Below the pieces are notes generated by a model. It saw only the letters and a list, made by a program, of their open reading frames with translations. It was not told the DNA's origin and did no database searches. From the NCBI RefSeq assembly GCF_009914755.1, contig NC_060938.1: 64,000 nt of DNA; one strand, written 5' to 3'. This DNA comes from the human T2T-CHM13v2.0 reference genome, Homo sapiens. Shown here piece after piece: positions 58,838-64,000 of this stretch. Positions within the stretch are counted from its first letter, which is position 1, and every line of letters begins with the position of its first letter. The position numbers and the translations under genes are program-made.

Positions 58838-59915
58838 CTCTTAATCTGCTAATGATACATCTCAGGACTCATTATGCAAGTTCTCTTACATAATGCTTTA
58901 GAGAACATGGTGTCTTGTGAGATTAGCTTAGTGCTACTTCATGGGTTCTCTGGGATAGGTGTGAAATAAAAACAGTGGGAAAGTGAAGAGCATTAAATAG
59001 TCTGAGTGTTTCTCATTGAGGGACAGGTGTGTAGTACATGTTATCATCTTTATACTGCTTGACAAAAAAAATGCTCTCCAGTTTATATTGCTTTGCTTTG
59101 TGAAGAGCCTTGTAGAATTACGTTTTTTAACTGCATGATGGTGTGCTGCAAGATTTCAATGTTAATGGCCTAGGTTTTCTTTTAAATAGAATGCATTAAA
59201 AAGATCCCTCTTAATGCATGTGAATCTAAGCAGGTGGCTCTGTAGTCCTAGTAACACATCAGTTGTTGACCTTCACTTACTCATCTGAACATGTACTGCA
59301 TTAAAGTGCATTTTATATCATTTAATTTAAATACAATTGAAAATGACTTAAATTCTCCTCTACTTACTTGGCAGAGGAGAACAATATAAATAGTGCTGTC
59401 CTGACCATGATTCTTTCTGACTCCTCCTCCATTGCAATGTAAATTCTCCTAGAACAAGGGCCATGTTGTCTGGTTCATTCCAGTATGTCCAGATCCTGTA
59501 ACAGTGTCACCATATTGAGTATATTTCCAATATATTTTTAAATGGGAATCAATGTCTGTTTATTATATCACCATTAAAGTTTCATTAAGTATAAAATGTG
59601 GTGATTTTTCACACCTACACTAGGACTAGATGGAACATCCGATTAAACTTAGGATATTTTAGTGAATTTTGAATTCATTGCTCAGAAGGTTGTTGTTGTT
59701 GTTGTTGTTGTTTTTGAGAGACAGCTTGTAGGGAACTTACAGGGAGTAGATCAGTATGTGCCATAAATTAAGAGAACACTAGATATGGCTGACTAGAAAT
59801 AAGAAGGTACTTTACCCAGCCATTATCTTAGCCCTCATCTTATCTCTGTGAGTGGTTCTGGTTAGAAGGTGGCTAAAGACATGAGGGTGGAACAAGTTTA
59901 GAAAAACGTGCTCTG

Positions 59916-60510
59916 GAACATAGTATGGCGATTCCTCAAAGACCTAAAAACAGAACTACCATTTGACTCAGCAATCCCATTACTGGGTATATACCAAAAG
60001 GAATATAAATTGTTCTATCATAAAGACACATACACATATATTCCCATTGCAGCACTATTCACAATAACAAAGACATGGAATTCATCTAAATGCCCATCTA
60101 TAGTAGACCGAATAAAGGAAATGTGGTACATATATACCATGGAATAATATGCAGCCATAAAAAAGAACAAGATCATGTTTTTTACAGGAACATGAATGGA
60201 GCTGGAGGCCATTATCCTTAGCAAACTAAAGCAGGAACAGAAAACCAAACACCACATGTTCTAACTTATAAGTGGAAGCTAAATAATGAGAAGACATGGA
60301 CATATAGGGGGTGACAACAGACACGGGGGCCTACCAGAGAGTGGAGGGTAGAGGGTGGGAGAAGGGAGAGGATCAGGAAAAATAACTAATGGCTACTAAG
60401 CTTACTACCTGGGTGATGAAATAATTTGTATAACAAACCTCCATGACACAAGTTTACCTATATAAAAAACCTGCACGTGTACACCTGAACTTAAATGTCA
60501 AAAAAAAAAG
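59916..60510 (+). mobile_element. 5'-truncated L1PA (L1PA13/14-like) 3' end
   Basis: ORF 59908-60147 is the ORF2 C-terminus. 3' UTR has aaaataactaatggctactaagctta, then an A tail. TSD aaaacgtgctctg (59903-59915) / aaaatgtactctg (60511-60523). Confidence 0.92.
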
Positions 60511-61732
60511 AAAATGTACTCTGAATTGAATGCATATTTTATAAAACTTGGATTTACATTAAAATTTTATTATTAAAAATAATTTATATTTTTGCCAATT
60601 TTAATATCAACAGAATAAATTTTCTGGCAAGCTGATTATGTGGTTTGATTGTGGACTTACCCTTCAAAGATATAGTGAATGATATATATATATGTGTGTG
60701 TGTGTGTACAAATAACTGTATAAATTCTATTTGCCAAAAATAGCTCTGGTTTATTTTAAGAATACATGTTTTGTGAGTTCTAACATGAATTTTCTGTGTT
60801 TGGACAAAATAGGAGAGATCTTGTAGATTACCTAAAATCACATATGAATGCATATCAGATAATTATTAGCATTTCCATTTCCGTTGCTAATTAATTGGCA
60901 GATATCTGTAGCTCCACACAAGCCAACACTCTTATAAATTATTGCATTAAGTATTCAGGAAGGCAGAACATATTAGAATGACTGTCATATGATTTCACTC
61001 TGAAGTGATATACAGTACATGTCTTTTTCCATAACATCCTAAGAATAGACAAAATAACTCAGCATTATAATTTGATCCACTTGGGACTTAAATGTAGAGC
61101 TGATTTTACCACATGGCATAGAAGCAATAACGTATTTTGTTTTAGAGACTTGAGGAAGAGCGCTTTTTCCTAATATCTCTCTCTCACTTAGTGATGAGTA
61201 TACATTATTTTACCCCCAGATCTATTCTGTTTTACATTTGTTGCCAGGGCATAATTGCTAATCCCTCTTTCACTCTCGAAATTGTCCCCATTTTGACAAA
61301 AAATTATCTGGACACACTACTGCTAATTATTTGCCCTGAACACTAGCCTTAATCATGTGTACTTTAGTGTGAATGCCATTTAGAACGTTTCCTAAAAGTA
61401 GATTTTTTTGATTTAAAAAATCAGATGAGGAGGAGGTATAGACTCTAAAAAAGGGTACATGGCTGGAAAATTGGGAAAACAGAGGCCAAGTTAATTGATT
61501 TCACAGTTTTTTTCAAAGAAGTGCCTTTCAGGAATTTATACTTTAAATAGATTTACTTGATTTTATGCTTCTAATTCCCCTTCTCTTTAATGTGGAAACT
61601 AAGATGTCGGAAACAAACAAACAAGCAAAAAACATGGAAAGATTATTGGTCATTTTCCCTTAGTTACTCAATAACTGCCTATTTTGGGGTCATTTTTATT
61701 CCTACCATATCGACTTTATTTTAATGTCCGTC

Positions 61733-61786
61733 TCCTTCTGCTTCTCTCTTTGTCTCTGAGTTCCTTCTGCTTCTCTCTTTGTCTCT
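61733..61786. repeat. 25-bp perfect direct repeat (period 29) in a pyrimidine-rich tract
   Basis: tccttctgcttctctctttgtctct at 61733-61757 and 61762-61786. Confidence 0.9.
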
Positions 61787-62681
61787 AGGTCTCCTATTAT
61801 ATTTGCCTCTTTCTAGTTCACACTTTTTCCTATGTGTCTGTCTCATTCTCTTTCTGTCTCTCTTTGCGTTTCTCTGTCTTATCTCCCTCTACCTCTTCTT
61901 ACATTCAGTGCCGTTTTTGACTTTTTGCTCTTTCTCCTAAAACAGTAAGTCCAAGACCTCAAAATATATAGCAGAATACACTGAAATGTTTACAAGGTTT
62001 GGCTTTCAATACATGCTGATATCATTATTAGCTTTGGACAACTGTCATGTATGAGTTTTCCTGGGACCTTAATTATATTTAACAACTTTGCCTTTTGACT
62101 GGTCAACAGCATTGTCTTGACCACGTGCTGTAGATTAAAGACTTTTAAACTTGTGGAAAATTTAGCAGAGTAGAGCTGTAGCTCTCATATCCCAAAAGGT
62201 GGTAACAGTGTAGTTGGGGAAGATATTGATATGATTATAATACATGGAATTTTAGTGTGTAGTACAAGTCAGAATGTGCACTGCTCCCAATCTATAAATA
62301 GGGTATGTTTCACGATGATTTTTAAGATAGTACCTTGAAAACTGGAATGCTTTTTTTCATACAGAAAAGGAATCAAGCATGGCCAAAATAATGTAGTATA
62401 GAAAAACTAGTTATGCTTATAATTGATTGGCTTAATGTTGATATAGAGCTTAAATGCTCCTAGAATAAAATTGTCCTAAATTTTAACTGGAATGGTAGAA
62501 ACATATCTTCCTTCTCTGGGGTTGGGCTATCTCTCTGGTAGCAGGAGGATAAACAAGAACCGTGAAAGAGGAAGGTATAACCATTTGGATGTAGAAGTGG
62601 TTTCCAAAGTCAGATGTTCACAATTAGGGCAATTTGAGGGTAATGAGATTCCAACCTTTGTGGCAGAAACAGTACATACTA

Positions 62682-63140
<459 letters not shown>

Positions 63141-63729
63141 CAAAAATCCAAAGAGGAGGAGATTAATGAAAGGTTGAGTGGCCATAGCAGGCTGTAAAAA
63201 GGACATAAAACTTAAACTGAATATTAAAATGTTGATGGCTTCTTATTTACATTTTATATCATTTTCTTATATATTTATTATAGTTAGTTACTTCATGAGT
63301 TAGTCTCTCCATCACCAAATGTCTTAATTATTTGAAGTCTGCCAGTTGACTATTCCCATACTATTGCCATGTCCATGAAGCAACTTTTCAGATGGTAGAG
63401 AGCAAAGGTAGCAAGAGAAGATCTTTAAACCAGGATTTCATACTTCAATGATATGCACCTGACTTAATTATCTGCATTAGAACCATCTGTATTTGAGGAC
63501 TATCTTTCATATAGTTATCTTTCATATTAGAGATATATGAAGGCTGGGAAAATTTCTTTTTTATGTCTCTTATATTCCTACACTGTTCAATTTCATGTTA
63601 AGGTTTATATACTCAACTCTGCTAAGTAAAATTGGAAAAGTGTGCATTTTCTTGAAAGCTAACAGAATGTGTTTGAAAATGCAGTTTCAAAAATCTGGGT
63701 TTTAGATCTATATGACAAATATGTGGTAC

Positions 63730-63920
63730 AGGAGAAAGATCGTAAGACTTGGAATTAGAAGACTCAGGAGTTGGTCTTGTTGGCTCAGTTTCTTAAGTCT
63801 GTGATCTTAGTGAAGGCATTGACCTCTTTGAGACTCAGTTTCTTCATCTGGCAGAAGTAGGTAATAATATAGGCCCATTTATCACATAGGAGGTTGTGAG
63901 GTTCAAATAAGATAAACAGA
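63730..63920 (+). mobile_element. MIR (MIRb-like)
   Basis: ctgtgatctt...acctctttgagactcagtttcttcatctg...cataggaggttgtgaggttcaaataagataa. Confidence 0.8.
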
Positions 63921-64000
63921 AAATGACACTGCATTAGAAATGACTCCATAAATCCGCTTTATTATTCTCTTGGCCTTGAATTGCAATATTAGGGCTTGTA

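Overview
AT-rich, repeat-dominated human genomic DNA. The species call rests on an AluYa5 carrying all five diagnostic bases. There is no CpG island and no recognisable cellular exon, tRNA, rRNA or CRISPR array. The ORFs that can be identified are translations of L1, Alu, Tigger1 or ERV sequence; the rest look like chance ORFs. The window holds several old minus-strand L1M elements, one of them near full length and hosting nested L1PA and Alu insertions. It also holds MaLR/ERVL solo LTRs (MST x2, THE1, MLT2A, MLT1), DNA transposons (Tigger1, MER20, MER58B, MER103-like), L2/MIR relics and nine Alus. The most unusual object is a 2.9 kb minus-strand class II provirus at 39860-42715, most likely HERV-K HML-6/LTR3, with a tRNA-Lys3 primer binding site. 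Its 1.5 kb interior is a collinear mosaic of short gag, dUTPase, protease, RT, integrase and probable env snippets behind a leader built from about 31 decamer repeats. Other oddities are a trimeric chimeric Alu inside one TSD, a TSD-less Alu sitting on an approximately 0.3 kb L1 deletion, and a tail-less 74 bp L1PA ORF2 fragment. Two unique stretches carry enhancer- or CTCF-like motif clusters. Subfamily names come from recalled consensus sequences, not database searches. I found no evidence of a new gene system.
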